A stretch of DNA of 64,000 bases from an uncultured Acidobacteriota bacterium (GCA_963827655.1 CAWHCF010000023.1:480001-544000), one strand, 5' to 3'; counted from the stretch's first letter, positions 1 through 9,981 are shown. Numbers and translations are program-made. Notes: generated by a model from the sequence alone, not told the origin.

Positions 1-1
1 T

Positions 2-739
2 CGTTTTGCCGGACACGTTCCTGCTGAGGTGGGATTGCTCCACGCGCTGGAAATGGGACAGGAAACGATCGATCACCTCGACGGTTACATTGAGTACCTG
101 GGCGGAGAGAGCGCCCTGGTCGACGAAGCAAAACTGGTCGAGGTCGCCGAGAAGACGAAGGGAAAGGGGGCGTGGGTAGTTCCCACCATGGTCCTGTGGG
201 AGACGCTTCTGGGGGTTCCCAAGCTCGAGAATCTGAGCAGCTGGCCCGAATTGAAATACATGCCTGCTCAACAGGTCACGAGCTGGGTCGACGCTCACAA
301 GAAACGTCTGAGCAATCCTCAATTCAACCGAGCCCAGGTCGAGCAGGTCGCCGCGAATCGGAAGCGGCTCCTGAAAGTTCTGAGTCAGCGTGGCGTCCGT
401 ATCCTGCTGGGGACCGACTCGCCGCAGCAGTTCAGCGTTCCCGGATTCTCGATTCATCGGGAGTTACAGGCGATGGCCAACGCGGGCATGACTCCTTATG
501 AGATCCTGCGCTCCGGAACGAGAAACGTAGGCGAGTACTTTAAAGACAAGGATAAGTTCGGAACCGTCGAAGCTGGAAAACGCGCCGATCTTGTGCTGCT
601 GGAGGCCAACCCCTTGCAGAATGTAGCCAACTTCGCCAAGCGGTCGGGCGTGATGGTGCGAGGGCGCTGGCTGGCGGAAAAGGAGATTCAGGAGCGGCTG
701 GAGAAGATCGCCGCTTCCAGTACCTCCGCCGGTAATTAG
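2..739 (+). CDS. Amidohydrolase family protein (5' end outside window)
   Basis: Frame is open from position 2 (RFAGHVPAEV...). Motifs TIDH, VPTM, LGTDSPQ and GTVEAGKRADLVLL are typical of metal-dependent amidohydrolases. Confidence 0.85.
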   Translation, partial: RFAGHVPAEVGLLHALEMGQETIDHLDGYIEYLGGESALVDEAKLVEVAEKTKGKGAWVVPTMVLWETLLGVPKLENLSSWPELKYMPAQQVTSWVDAHKKRLSNPQFNRAQVEQVAANRKRLLKVLSQRGVRILLGTDSPQQFSVPGFSIHRELQAMANAGMTPYEILRSGTRNVGEYFKDKDKFGTVEAGKRADLVLLEANPLQNVANFAKRSGVMVRGRWLAEKEIQERLEKIAASSTSAGN

Positions 740-755
740 CTTCCTGGAGTGCGGT

Positions 756-1736
756 TCATTTTGGTTGACCGGTCACGAACTTCTGGAAGCGGTTGGTCGA
801 AAGCTCCGCCAGGTATAAGGCGCCCGCAGGACCGGCCGCAATATGATGCACTCCGCCGAGCTGCCCAGGATCGTTTCCTTTGGTTCCAAACTCACCCAGT
901 ATTTTGCCCTCGGCGCTTACCCTCAGAATTTTCTGCCCATTGGCATCCGCGACATAAAAGTGTCCGTCGCTGCCCAGTGCCAGGCCGATGGGCCGGCCCA
1001 CGTGCTTCCACTGGTTGATGAACTTGCCGGCGGCGTCGAAGATCTGTATCCGCAGGTTTTCGCGATCCGCGACGTAGACCAGCCCGCGGGAATCAATCGC
1101 AATCGCGTGAGGCAAGTTAAACTCCCCTTCCGCGCTTCCCTTCTTGCCCCATGCCAGGATGTATTTCCCGCTCCTGGAAAACTTCACGACGCGCGAATTA
1201 CCGTAGCCATCGGTAACATAGAAGTCACCGTTAGGCGTAAAGGCCAGGTCGGACGGCCCGTTAAAATGTTCGGGATCTTCTCCCGGCTCTCCCTGCTTGC
1301 CCAGAGTCATGAGGAGTTTCCCCTCGGCGTTGAATTTCAGCACGACATGGCCTTTTCCCGGGATGCTGTCTGGTGTCGGCCACCAGCCCGTTCCTCCATC
1401 TGTAATCCAGACATTGCCGTCGGGGTCGACCCGGATTCCATGCGGCCAGCAGAACATACGGTCGCCCCAGTGATGGAGTAGTTTTCCCCTTGGATCAAGA
1501 ACCATGGCTGGATTCCGTCCGCGATGCAGCGCATAAACACGATCTCGCCCATCGGTCGCGATGCCCGATCCCTGGCCCAGAGTCCAGCCGGCCGGCAACT
1601 GCGGCCAATCGCTTACCAGTTTGTAAGGCATTGTCACGGGAACTTTATCTCCTCTTTGTGTCGTCGCGCCCTGGTTGTGGTTGTTGCCGAACAGACACAA
1701 GGCCGCAAAGACTGAAAGAGTGGCTGTGATTTTCAT
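756..1736 (-). CDS. Secreted NHL-repeat beta-propeller protein (peptidyl-alpha-hydroxyglycine alpha-amidating lyase-like)
   Basis: Signal peptide; NHL repeats PHGIRVDPDGNVWITD, FNGPSDLAF..YVTDGYGNSRVVKF, FNLPHAIAID..YVADRENLRIQIFD. Confidence 0.85.
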   Translation of the reverse strand: MKITATLSVFAALCLFGNNHNQGATTQRGDKVPVTMPYKLVSDWPQLPAGWTLGQGSGIATDGRDRVYALHRGRNPAMVLDPRGKLLHHWGDRMFCWPHGIRVDPDGNVWITDGGTGWWPTPDSIPGKGHVVLKFNAEGKLLMTLGKQGEPGEDPEHFNGPSDLAFTPNGDFYVTDGYGNSRVVKFSRSGKYILAWGKKGSAEGEFNLPHAIAIDSRGLVYVADRENLRIQIFDAAGKFINQWKHVGRPIGLALGSDGHFYVADANGQKILRVSAEGKILGEFGTKGNDPGQLGGVHHIAAGPAGALYLAELSTNRFQKFVTGQPK

Positions 1737-2923
1737 AGCTCACCCAAAGGATGCCGTCTGTCCTTCAACGGGAAAGCAGCGCGCCCGCCCTGGAGATGCG
1801 ACACGTAGACCGCCATGATCATCTCCAGCGTAGCCCGTCCTTCATATCCGCTCACGACCGACGGCTTTCCGGTTTCAATCGCTCGGATCAAGTCCTCAAC
1901 GGTGCGTTTGTTGGATGCCTCCGCGCCGGTCAGTCCCGATGGATCCTCGTTGCCGGGACATCCCGGGAGGGATCGCCATGCCGTTCCTGATTTGCCGGGC
2001 GACCACAGTGGATCAGCAAGAACGTAGATAGCCGGATTCTGATCGATATGGACCCTGACAATCCCCTTGGATCCGTACAGCGCGATTTCAAAGCGTCCCC
2101 CGGCACCGTCGCGGACTTTTTGCGACGCAAAGTATCCCTGGATTCCGCCGGCAAAGGCGTAGCTGGCATGAATCGCGTCTCCCGCGACCGGACCCAGCGG
2201 CTCGGTCGCCGCGCGGCGGTCTCCGACTTTAATGTCCTTCCCGTCCTGTGTCACGCGCGCGCAACACCATAGAGGCTCTCCGGCAAAGAAGCGCATCAGG
2301 TACAGGCAGTGGGTGCCGAGCACCATCAAGTCTTCCCCTCCGGCGCGATGGTCCTCCTTGCCGCGGGTACGCATCTCCAGGAGTTCTCCAATCAGGCCGC
2401 CCTCCAATTTCTCTTTCAGGTAAACGATCGCGGGTGCAACCCGGGCCTGGTGGGCCAGGGCGATTTGAATGCCGTGCCTCGAGGCTACCGTCAGGATGGC
2501 GTCGGCCTCCTCCAGCGAGCGAGCCATCGGTTTCTCCATGTATATGTGACTGCCGGCCTGGGCTGCGGCTGTCACCATTTCCAGCCGATCCTCGACCCAG
2601 CGCGGCCCGATGGTAACCAGATCCGGTTTTTCTTTGCTCAACATCTCACGCCAGTCGGCGTACGCGCGCAGGGCGCCCGTGCGCTGAACGGTTCGAAGCC
2701 TCCCGGGCGCGTCTTCGTCGGCCACTGCCACCACGGTGACGTTGGGAATTTTCTGAAAAGCCAGATCGAGCCCGTGCCCGTAGTTGCCCCGACCGGTGCG
2801 CCCGATCACGGCAGCCCGATAGGTTTTCACCGGGCCAATCCCGGCGCCCTCCATGTCTCCTGACAGCGCCGTAGCAGCGGCGAGTCCTGTCATTCCTACG
2901 AACTCTCTTCGGCTGATCGACAT
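1733..2923 (-). CDS. Gfo/Idh/MocA family oxidoreductase with Tat signal
   Basis: MSISRREFVG twin-arginine leader (start set at 2923); AVIGRTG nucleotide-binding start; HIYMEKPMA motif; LGTH. Confidence 0.88.
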   Translation of the reverse strand: MSISRREFVGMTGLAAATALSGDMEGAGIGPVKTYRAAVIGRTGRGNYGHGLDLAFQKIPNVTVVAVADEDAPGRLRTVQRTGALRAYADWREMLSKEKPDLVTIGPRWVEDRLEMVTAAAQAGSHIYMEKPMARSLEEADAILTVASRHGIQIALAHQARVAPAIVYLKEKLEGGLIGELLEMRTRGKEDHRAGGEDLMVLGTHCLYLMRFFAGEPLWCCARVTQDGKDIKVGDRRAATEPLGPVAGDAIHASYAFAGGIQGYFASQKVRDGAGGRFEIALYGSKGIVRVHIDQNPAIYVLADPLWSPGKSGTAWRSLPGCPGNEDPSGLTGAEASNKRTVEDLIRAIETGKPSVVSGYEGRATLEMIMAVYVSHLQGGRAAFPLKDRRHPLGEL

Positions 2924-2997
2924 AACTATCTCCCGACACAAGCGACGCCGGCGCCCTATTCCGCCGGTAAATAACCATATATTCAATACGACCTCTG

Positions 2998-3705
2998 TCA
3001 CCGGCTCCCGCCGGAACTGACAGACTCTTTTGAGAAGGGCGCGTTCAGGAAGCGCACCAATGGCATCAGCGCCCTGAAGTCCCGCACAATGAGGGGTAGC
3101 AAATCCGAGCTCCCGGCCAGTTCTGCCGGATTCGTGGAATAAGCCAGAAACTGCTTGTAACGGAGGAGATCAGCAGCCGGGTGATCGGATGGAAAACCTT
3201 TCGGCGGGCGGGACAGCCGATCCCCTTCCAGCCCACCGAAGAATTTCTTGAATTCCCGGTCGTTGATGATCTCGCGCAAATCCTCCGAGTGGGTTGCGAT
3301 GTGATGGCGAATCGCCCGGAGTTCGGCCGACCCCGGCATATAAGCTCCTCCGGCAATCAAAACCTCGTCCGGCGCTATGTGAAAGTAAAGGCCTCCTCCA
3401 GCGTGCTTGGGAGTTCCCCGGTCTGCGAATACGGCGGCGATGTGGGTCTTGTACGGTGTCTTGTCGCGACTGAATCGAATATCCCGGTAGATCCGATAGA
3501 TCGCTCGTTTCGGATCGGCATTCAACTCGGGGGCGAACCTGCTCATCTCGCCTCCCAATGCCAGCACCAGGCCGGTCATGGGAATCTTTACTTTCTGTTC
3601 GTAGATTTCCTTATGCTCGAGGAACCATTCGCGGTTGTTGTTCCGCTTCAACTGGCGAAGGAACTTCAGCCCTTCAGGGGGAAACCCAGGGAAAATCGTC
3701 TTCAC
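2998..3705 (-). CDS. DUF2461 / TIGR02453 family protein
   Basis: FLRQLKRNNNREWF and IYRIYRDIRFSRDKTPYKTH signatures. Confidence 0.9.
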   Translation of the reverse strand: MKTIFPGFPPEGLKFLRQLKRNNNREWFLEHKEIYEQKVKIPMTGLVLALGGEMSRFAPELNADPKRAIYRIYRDIRFSRDKTPYKTHIAAVFADRGTPKHAGGGLYFHIAPDEVLIAGGAYMPGSAELRAIRHHIATHSEDLREIINDREFKKFFGGLEGDRLSRPPKGFPSDHPAADLLRYKQFLAYSTNPAELAGSSDLLPLIVRDFRALMPLVRFLNAPFSKESVSSGGSR

Positions 3706-3721
3706 CGAAATTCGACCTCGG

Positions 3722-3802
3722 GTCTTTGTGACACTTTTTTCGAGTCTTTGTGTCCTGGTAGCTGGTTTTCCGTCCGGCCCGCTAACCGCGAAGACGCGAA
3801 GG
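3722..3802. repeat. Two oppositely oriented copies of the dispersed 9-nt-period repeat
   Basis: GTCTTTGTG..TTCGAGTCTTTGTGTCCTGGTA (3722-3760) and AACCGCGAAGACGCGAAGG (3784-3802). Confidence 0.6.
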
Positions 3803-3840
3803 ATCGGGTAGCGGCCTGCGCAATCGGGGCTGCTGGTGGG

Positions 3841-5553
3841 TCACTCGGTAGTACTCGCTTTACGCAACGACTTATTGACGAACTGGAACTGCAGCAGGGA
3901 TTCGCTTGGCACATTTTGACCGTCGTGCCGTGCGGGCGAGAAGGTCCATTGACGAGCCGCCTGCACTGCGATCTTCGAGAGATGGTCCATCAGGGCATTT
4001 CCGCGCGAGAGCGACTCGGCGCGAATAACCCTTCCGCTCCGATCAATGACGACTCTGACGTTGATCTGGACTTCGGGAACAATGAAAGGGTGCAACGTGA
4101 AAGATGGCTCCGGCTCCACCCTGTTAACCGGCCGAGCAGCGACGTAGCGACCTTCCTCGGTCGCGGCTCTGGCAAGCACTCGCGCCCGCGCCTCTTCCGA
4201 AGCGGAGCCCACTCCCTCTTTCCCTCCACGAGGTAACGAGGGCAGGCCTTTCGAACGAACCGTCAACCCTGAGGGATCGGCACCCGTACCCGCGCGCGGC
4301 GGGGTCCGTGGCTTGGCTCCTTCCCTGGCTATGTCGCTCGCGTCGGCGATGGCCGAGGAAAGTTCGCCCGGGGATCTGACCTCAGTCGAAGCCGCTGAGC
4401 GAGAGGCCGGAACGTTGCTTGCAGAAGAAGCCGGAGGCAAGAAGGTTCCGTCAGGATGAACGGATCTCACTGCCCGAATCGACTCGCTTGCGATCCCGTC
4501 GGCAGCTTCGATCTGGAGACGAACGGTCACGTCGGCCGCAAAAGTCGAATACACCAGGCTGCCGGTACGAAGCAGATGCGGATCCAGATCCACACTCTTG
4601 GTGCTGATTCCATCCTGGATCGAAACGTAGCCTCGCTTGGCAACTGCGATCACAGGAGAGTTCCTGTCCCAGCCGATTCGAATTTGATTTCTTTCTATCT
4701 CGACCTTTAGAGCCAGACTGTCCGTCTTGTATGCAAGCTCTCTCGCAGCCTGACCCTCAGGTCTCCGCAAGATGTGATAGGTGGTTCCCGCGATCACAGC
4801 AATAATCAGTCCCAGGGCGACCAACAAGGGCCAGCGGAACCATTGAGCAAGACCGCTCTTCTCGAGGAGCAAGGACGGACGCGGCTCCGAATCAAACATG
4901 TCGGACCAGGAATGGTCCGGAGAAGATGCCTCCGCCAGGAGCGGCTTCTCCTCCCAGAGCGAAGATGGCTCGTCTCCAGCGAGGCTCGTCCTGTTGAATG
5001 GAAACAGGATCTTCGAGTCGAGCTTTACTTCACCGTTTTCACAAAGAAACAACGCGCCTTTGCTGGTCTCTGTAAGCGAAGGCTTGACCAGGAGGAAAAC
5101 GCTGGTCGAACCGGGAAAATACTCTTTGCCCACGGCAGCATCTCGTTCGTCCGGGCTGAATTCTCCACTGCAATCGCTGCGGTAGTACCCGACCGCATAG
5201 AGGTTTTTTCCTAGACTCGGCTGCCACTGATCTATCTGCACTTTCAAAATGGGCTTGTCCGACGCGGAAAACCGATACGACAGGGCAGGTTCCTGCTCTC
5301 TTGGCAGCGAAGTGAACCCTTCAATGATGATGTTCTGTGAAGCGCCTGGCTCAGTGCGCCCGAGCAGCAAGCCGGAAACCTTCGCGCCCTGAGTCGGGAA
5401 CCGAAGTGCCTTCTTCATTTCAAAATCGACCCACTCGACTGTGCTGAGATGAAGGTTGATCTTCACACCCTTGTCCGGTATTTCCCAGGTACAGAATGTC
5501 GGCGTTGATGATCGCGTGGTTCCAGCGCCATTTCCGCTCGTCGACTGCGTCAT
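3841..5553 (-). CDS. Membrane protein: MPN/JAB-like N-terminal domain, TM helix, low-complexity linker, TonB C-terminal domain
   Basis: N-terminal SGLLLG...AVGYYRSD; TM WPLLVALGLIIAVIAG; C-terminal VRVVIDRSGRV..AVQAARQWTFSPARHDGQNV...FQF is a TonB-C pattern. Confidence 0.7.
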   Translation of the reverse strand: MTQSTSGNGAGTTRSSTPTFCTWEIPDKGVKINLHLSTVEWVDFEMKKALRFPTQGAKVSGLLLGRTEPGASQNIIIEGFTSLPREQEPALSYRFSASDKPILKVQIDQWQPSLGKNLYAVGYYRSDCSGEFSPDERDAAVGKEYFPGSTSVFLLVKPSLTETSKGALFLCENGEVKLDSKILFPFNRTSLAGDEPSSLWEEKPLLAEASSPDHSWSDMFDSEPRPSLLLEKSGLAQWFRWPLLVALGLIIAVIAGTTYHILRRPEGQAARELAYKTDSLALKVEIERNQIRIGWDRNSPVIAVAKRGYVSIQDGISTKSVDLDPHLLRTGSLVYSTFAADVTVRLQIEAADGIASESIRAVRSVHPDGTFLPPASSASNVPASRSAASTEVRSPGELSSAIADASDIAREGAKPRTPPRAGTGADPSGLTVRSKGLPSLPRGGKEGVGSASEEARARVLARAATEEGRYVAARPVNRVEPEPSFTLHPFIVPEVQINVRVVIDRSGRVIRAESLSRGNALMDHLSKIAVQAARQWTFSPARHDGQNVPSESLLQFQFVNKSLRKASTTE

Positions 5554-5722
5554 AGTGTCGGCCTCAAAAATCTCCGGTATCTTGCCATATCGGGCTTTGT
5601 TATCAGGCAGATTACAGAATTGAGTGATTCCAGAGCAACAGATTTTTTCACAATCCCTTAGCCGCCGATCAAGGCACGCAGCTCAGCTAGCGTCCGGCAA
5701 GGAAATAAGGAGCATTTTTTTC

Positions 5723-6949
5723 TCAAAGCTTCCGTCGTCCACTCGATTCTCCGCCCAGCGCCTGAACCTCATGCCCTGGCCGGCGCGATTCCTCGCCTCG
5801 CAGGGCCCCGTCAAAGTCCTCGATAAGATCCTCCGGAGCCTCGATCCCCACAGAAACGCGTACCAGGCTGTCACTGATTCCAGCATTGAGCCGGTCTTCG
5901 GGCGACATCCCGGAGTGCGAGGTGGTGGCAGGGCGTGTGATGAGCGTTTCAACGCCGCCCAGGCTGGGCGCGATGACAGGCAGCGTGGTTCGGCGCATGA
6001 AACGCTCCGCGGCTTCCACTCCTCCCTTCAGCTCGAAGCTCAGCACGGCGCTGAATCCGTTGAAAAGATCGCGGGCACGCCTGTGCGCCGAGTGGCTGGG
6101 AAGGCCGGGATAGTTAACCTTTTGGACCGCCGGGTGCGCTTCCAGAAACTGCGCGATCTGAATTGCGGTCTGGCTCTGATATTTCATTCGGACTGCCAGC
6201 GTTTTCATGCCGCGATGCAGCAGGAAGGCGGCATGAGGGTCGAGCGAGCCTCCGAGATGATTTAACTTGTGAGTGATCTTTTCCACCAGGGCGGCGCGGC
6301 CAATGACGGCGCCCGCGACGATGTCGGAATGGCCGTTGAGATACTTGGTACAACTGTGAAGCGAGAGATCGAAGCCCCATTCCGGCGGGCGAAAATTGAT
6401 CGGGCTGGCAAACGTGTTGTCGATGATCGATACCAGATTGTGCGCTCTGGCAAACGCAACGATCGCCTCGAGGTCGGCAACCTTCAACAGCGGATTGGTT
6501 AGAGTTTCTACGTAGATTGCCCGCGTATTCGGCTGCAGTTTCTTTTCCCAGGAATCGGGGTCCTCACCAGCAATGAAATTGCAAGAGATTCCGAACGAGG
6601 GAAAGTCCCTGGTCACGAAGTCGTGAGTGCCGCCATAGAGACAGTCTTGTGCGAGCAGATGGTCTCCCGCGGATAGAATTGTCAGAAGCGTGCTGGAGAT
6701 CGCAGCCATCCCGCTTGACGTCACGAGCGCCGCTTCCCCGTTTTCCAGCGCCGCCAGCTTCTTATGCAATACGAGGTGGTTGGGCGTATTGTTGAGACGT
6801 ATGTACCTGATGGCGTTGTAATCCGCCTCGCCGGTGTATTCGAACATCGCCGTTTGAAACACCGGCATGCTGACTGCGCCTTGAATCCGAGGTTCAGGTT
6901 CACCAGCGTGAATGAGCTTGGTCTCAACACAACGGAAGTTCTTCGTCAT
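5723..6949 (-). CDS. PLP-dependent Cys/Met metabolism enzyme (cystathionine gamma-synthase / methionine gamma-lyase family)
   Basis: YIRLNNTP, SSGMAAI, LYGGT, IDNTFASP, SCTKYLNGHSD (PLP lysine), SLGGVETLI. Start set at MTKNF (6949). Confidence 0.92.
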   Translation of the reverse strand: MTKNFRCVETKLIHAGEPEPRIQGAVSMPVFQTAMFEYTGEADYNAIRYIRLNNTPNHLVLHKKLAALENGEAALVTSSGMAAISSTLLTILSAGDHLLAQDCLYGGTHDFVTRDFPSFGISCNFIAGEDPDSWEKKLQPNTRAIYVETLTNPLLKVADLEAIVAFARAHNLVSIIDNTFASPINFRPPEWGFDLSLHSCTKYLNGHSDIVAGAVIGRAALVEKITHKLNHLGGSLDPHAAFLLHRGMKTLAVRMKYQSQTAIQIAQFLEAHPAVQKVNYPGLPSHSAHRRARDLFNGFSAVLSFELKGGVEAAERFMRRTTLPVIAPSLGGVETLITRPATTSHSGMSPEDRLNAGISDSLVRVSVGIEAPEDLIEDFDGALRGEESRRPGHEVQALGGESSGRRKL

Positions 6950-7244
6950 GACGACATGATATAAGAAACCAAGATCGCGTTCCAGTCGGAGGGAGCCAGA
7001 GGGACACCGTTCACCCCAAAAACGCGAAAAGCAAAACTTGCCGGCGGGCGGTGCGGCTCGCGCGGTAAAACCGATGGACAACGCGCCACAGAATCGCTAT
7101 CTTGAGTGTCCTGATTGCCGCCGCAACCCCAAGAAAGACCCCCGAGGCATTTTAGTGTAGCGGTTTCTTCCGACGTCACCGATGTTACCCTGTTGTTGAG
7201 AAGGCTAACCATTCATCGCAATCAAATATAAGAGGAGTGAATAA

Positions 7245-7529
7245 ATGCAACCGCAATCGAAGAAGGCCGGTACCCGGAGCACAACGAGGAAAAAAGCTGA
7301 CAAAAACCGCGTGACAGTTCCTGCAGTGCCGTCGAACACGAGTCCGCGCCAAGATCTCATCGAAGCCCGGGCGGTTGAGGCGAGTCCTCGTGCCCGGCTA
7401 TCCCCTGACCTGCAGACCGTTATTGCGGCGCGAGCGTACGAGCTCTATCAGAAACGCGGCGGGCAGGCTGGTCATGAGCTTGACGATTGGCTCGAAGCAG
7501 AGCGTGAGGTGCTCAGAGGTTCCGATTGA
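7245..7529 (+). CDS. DUF2934 domain protein
   Basis: IAARAYELYQKRGGQAGHELDDWLEAEREV; AGAGGAG RBS upstream. Confidence 0.88.
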   Translation: MQPQSKKAGTRSTTRKKADKNRVTVPAVPSNTSPRQDLIEARAVEASPRARLSPDLQTVIAARAYELYQKRGGQAGHELDDWLEAEREVLRGSD

Positions 7530-7681
7530 CGATTGACGATTGACGATTGACGATTTGACCAATTGACGGTTGGAGCATTGGCGAGCTGAGACTCAAACCT
7601 GAGGGGCATTCCGATTTACGATTGGAGTTTGGCGATTGACCATGTATTTTAATCGTCAATCGTAAATCGTCAATCGTCAAT
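7523..7681. repeat. Inverted heptamer tandem arrays (CGATTGA)x4 ... (AATCGTC)x4
   Basis: Four perfect CGATTGA units at 7523-7550 and the reverse-complement array at 7651-7681. Confidence 0.9.
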
Positions 7682-7685
7682 TCTT

Positions 7686-9047
7686 ATGGGAGATCGTGCT
7701 GTGAATTCCTTACGCCGGGTGCTCGATCATTTGACTATTTTAGTGTTTCTCTGTCTCGCATCTGCTGCCGTTCCTACGGCCGGTTCAGACGATTGGCCTG
7801 AATGGCGCGGACCAGGGCGACGTGGTCTGTGGCTCGAGTCGGGCATCCTCGAGGTCTTCCCAGCGGACGGGCTGTCTATAAAATGGAGGACGCCGATCCG
7901 GGCAGGATACGCCGGACCAGCCGTCACAGGCGGGCGAGTCTTCGTCACCGATTTTTCTCCATCGCAGGGCGTGAAGGGAATCGAGCGGGTTCTCTGTCTC
8001 GATGAGAAGACTGGCCAGGTTCTTTGGACTCGCGAATGGGAGACCGACTACAGCGGGCTGGCGAGGACCTACGCCACGGGACCCCGCGCCACTCCCACGG
8101 TGGACGCCGACCGAGTTTACGTCCAGGGCGCCAAAGGGGCGCTGTTCTGCCTGAGCGTCAAGAACGGCGACGTGATATGGCAGAAAGACTATGTGAAGGA
8201 CTACGGCACGCAGGTCCCGACCTGGGGCATGACCGGGGCGCCGCTGGTTGACGGCAACCGGCTGATTTGTCTCGTAGGCGGAGCGCCCGACGCGAAAGTA
8301 ATGGCCTTCGACAAGCTCACGGGAAAGGAAATCTGGCGAGCTCTGTCTTCCGAGGACTCGGAGCCAGGTTATTGTTCGCCGGTCCTGATCGATTCCGGTG
8401 GCCTGCGCCAGCTCATAATCTGGCACCCCAAAGCGGTGAGTTCCCTGAATCCCGAGACCGGGAAGATAAACTGGGAGGAGTCTTTTCGCGTGCAGATGGG
8501 GCTCACGGTCGCGACGCCGGTTCTGAGCGGTACCCGGCTCCTGGTGTCATCGTTCTATAATGGCGCGCTGATGATGGAGGTCAATCCTCGCGCCCCGAAG
8601 GCCGCCCTCCTCTGGAAGGGGCAAAGCAGTAGCGAAATCACCACCGACGGCCTGCACTCTTTGCTTACGACGCCGGTGATTGACGGCGACTTTATATACG
8701 GAATCTGCAGCTACGGCCAGTTCCGCTGCTTGAACGCCCGCACGGGCGAGCGCGTCTGGGAGAGCCTGGACGTGACCAAGGAGAAAGCCAGGTGGGCCGC
8801 GGGTTTCATTGTGCGAAACGAAAACCGCTATTTCATCAACAACGATCGTGGAGACCTGATCATCGCGAAGCTTTCACCGGAGGGGTATCAAGAAATAAGC
8901 CGGACCAGGCTGATCGAGCCGACGTCGTCGCCGGGCAACCGGCGCGAGCTGGGCTCCGTCAACTGGTCGCACCCGGCGTATGCCAACAGGCATATCTATG
9001 CTCGTAACGACAAGGAGATAGTGGCCGCGTCATTGGAAAAGAAGTGA
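7686..9047 (+). CDS. PQQ-binding-like beta-propeller repeat protein (secreted)
   Basis: Signal peptide, DWPEWRGP, repeated CLD.KTG..LW units, C-terminal WSHPAYANRHIYARND. Start may be GTG at 7701. Confidence 0.88.
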   Translation: MGDRAVNSLRRVLDHLTILVFLCLASAAVPTAGSDDWPEWRGPGRRGLWLESGILEVFPADGLSIKWRTPIRAGYAGPAVTGGRVFVTDFSPSQGVKGIERVLCLDEKTGQVLWTREWETDYSGLARTYATGPRATPTVDADRVYVQGAKGALFCLSVKNGDVIWQKDYVKDYGTQVPTWGMTGAPLVDGNRLICLVGGAPDAKVMAFDKLTGKEIWRALSSEDSEPGYCSPVLIDSGGLRQLIIWHPKAVSSLNPETGKINWEESFRVQMGLTVATPVLSGTRLLVSSFYNGALMMEVNPRAPKAALLWKGQSSSEITTDGLHSLLTTPVIDGDFIYGICSYGQFRCLNARTGERVWESLDVTKEKARWAAGFIVRNENRYFINNDRGDLIIAKLSPEGYQEISRTRLIEPTSSPGNRRELGSVNWSHPAYANRHIYARNDKEIVAASLEKK

Positions 9048-9216
9048 TTCTTTTCTGGATTAGCTGCCTCGGGCAAAGAAGATCGCGAGTCCCAGGATTT
9101 AGGATTTAGGAACGCTCTTCCCGGCCTCAGAAGCTGTGGAAGAATTCGGTCTGTGGCGCGGGTCTGATGAGGCCGTCGCAAGTAACGTGATCCGGAGGAT
9201 TTAGCCTTAAAAAGTT

Positions 9217-9374
9217 CTTTTCCTAGTCATTAGTCATTTTTCATTATTTTTCATTTGTCATTCATGGGGCGAAGGGATTGTAACAAGGCCCGCGTAGTCT
9301 GCGAGCGCAAACCCGGCCCGCAGCACCGACTAATGACAAATGACAGATGACGAATGAGAAATGACCAATGAAAG
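9217..9374. repeat. Inverted heptamer-like arrays (GTCATTN)n ... (NAATGAC)n
   Basis: TAGTCATTAGTCATTTTTCATT..TCATTTGTCATT at 9224-9265 and GACTAATGACAAATGACAGATGACGAATGAGAAATGACCAATGA at 9328-9371. Confidence 0.8.
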
Positions 9375-9474
9375 CTTTTGTGCTACTAGGGGGCCGGACG
9401 GGCTTGATAGCCCGTCCGCACATGAAGCTCGCGCACTCCAATAGGCTCTGATTACCCGGCCTGGCGCGGCAGAA

Positions 9475-9981
9475 TCAAGATAGCGCGCCCGCCAGAAACA
9501 TCGATCCGAAATGCAGGGTAAGAACCGCTTTACCCTCGAACTTCCCTTTACCGGGAGTGATGTCGATCAGCATGTGATCCGCTTTTCCCTCGGAGGAAAA
9601 CGCTGACTCGAGCTTGATCACCTTATCCATCTCGGGAGAGGCTCCTCTGGCAATGGTTCCAGGGTAGAGCCCCAGTGTCCAATCTTTGTCCCCGTTCTTG
9701 ATGGCTCCAATGACATATTCGCCGGCCGGAACGACGACCGATCCAGCCTTGATTTCGGCCGAGAGCTTCAGCCGGGGCTGGCGAGGGGTCACGAATGAGC
9801 CCACTGCAGCCTTGCCTGGGTGCATTTCATTAGCAGGGATCGTGTTGTAGGTGAGGGTTGCTTCGGCCCCGGACGGCAACTTGACGGTCAACGTCTTGTT
9901 GAAGTGGGGATGCGCAATCACGAAGGTCGCTCCGATCAGGAGCACAGCCAAGCCAGACAGAAGAATCAAGCGTTGCTTCAC
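9475..9981 (-). CDS. Secreted DUF2911-like protein
   Basis: GTG start with GGAGGA RBS, signal peptide, VVPAGEYVIGAIKNGDKDWTL motif. Confidence 0.65.
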   Translation of the reverse strand: MKQRLILLSGLAVLLIGATFVIAHPHFNKTLTVKLPSGAEATLTYNTIPANEMHPGKAAVGSFVTPRQPRLKLSAEIKAGSVVVPAGEYVIGAIKNGDKDWTLGLYPGTIARGASPEMDKVIKLESAFSSEGKADHMLIDITPGKGKFEGKAVLTLHFGSMFLAGALS

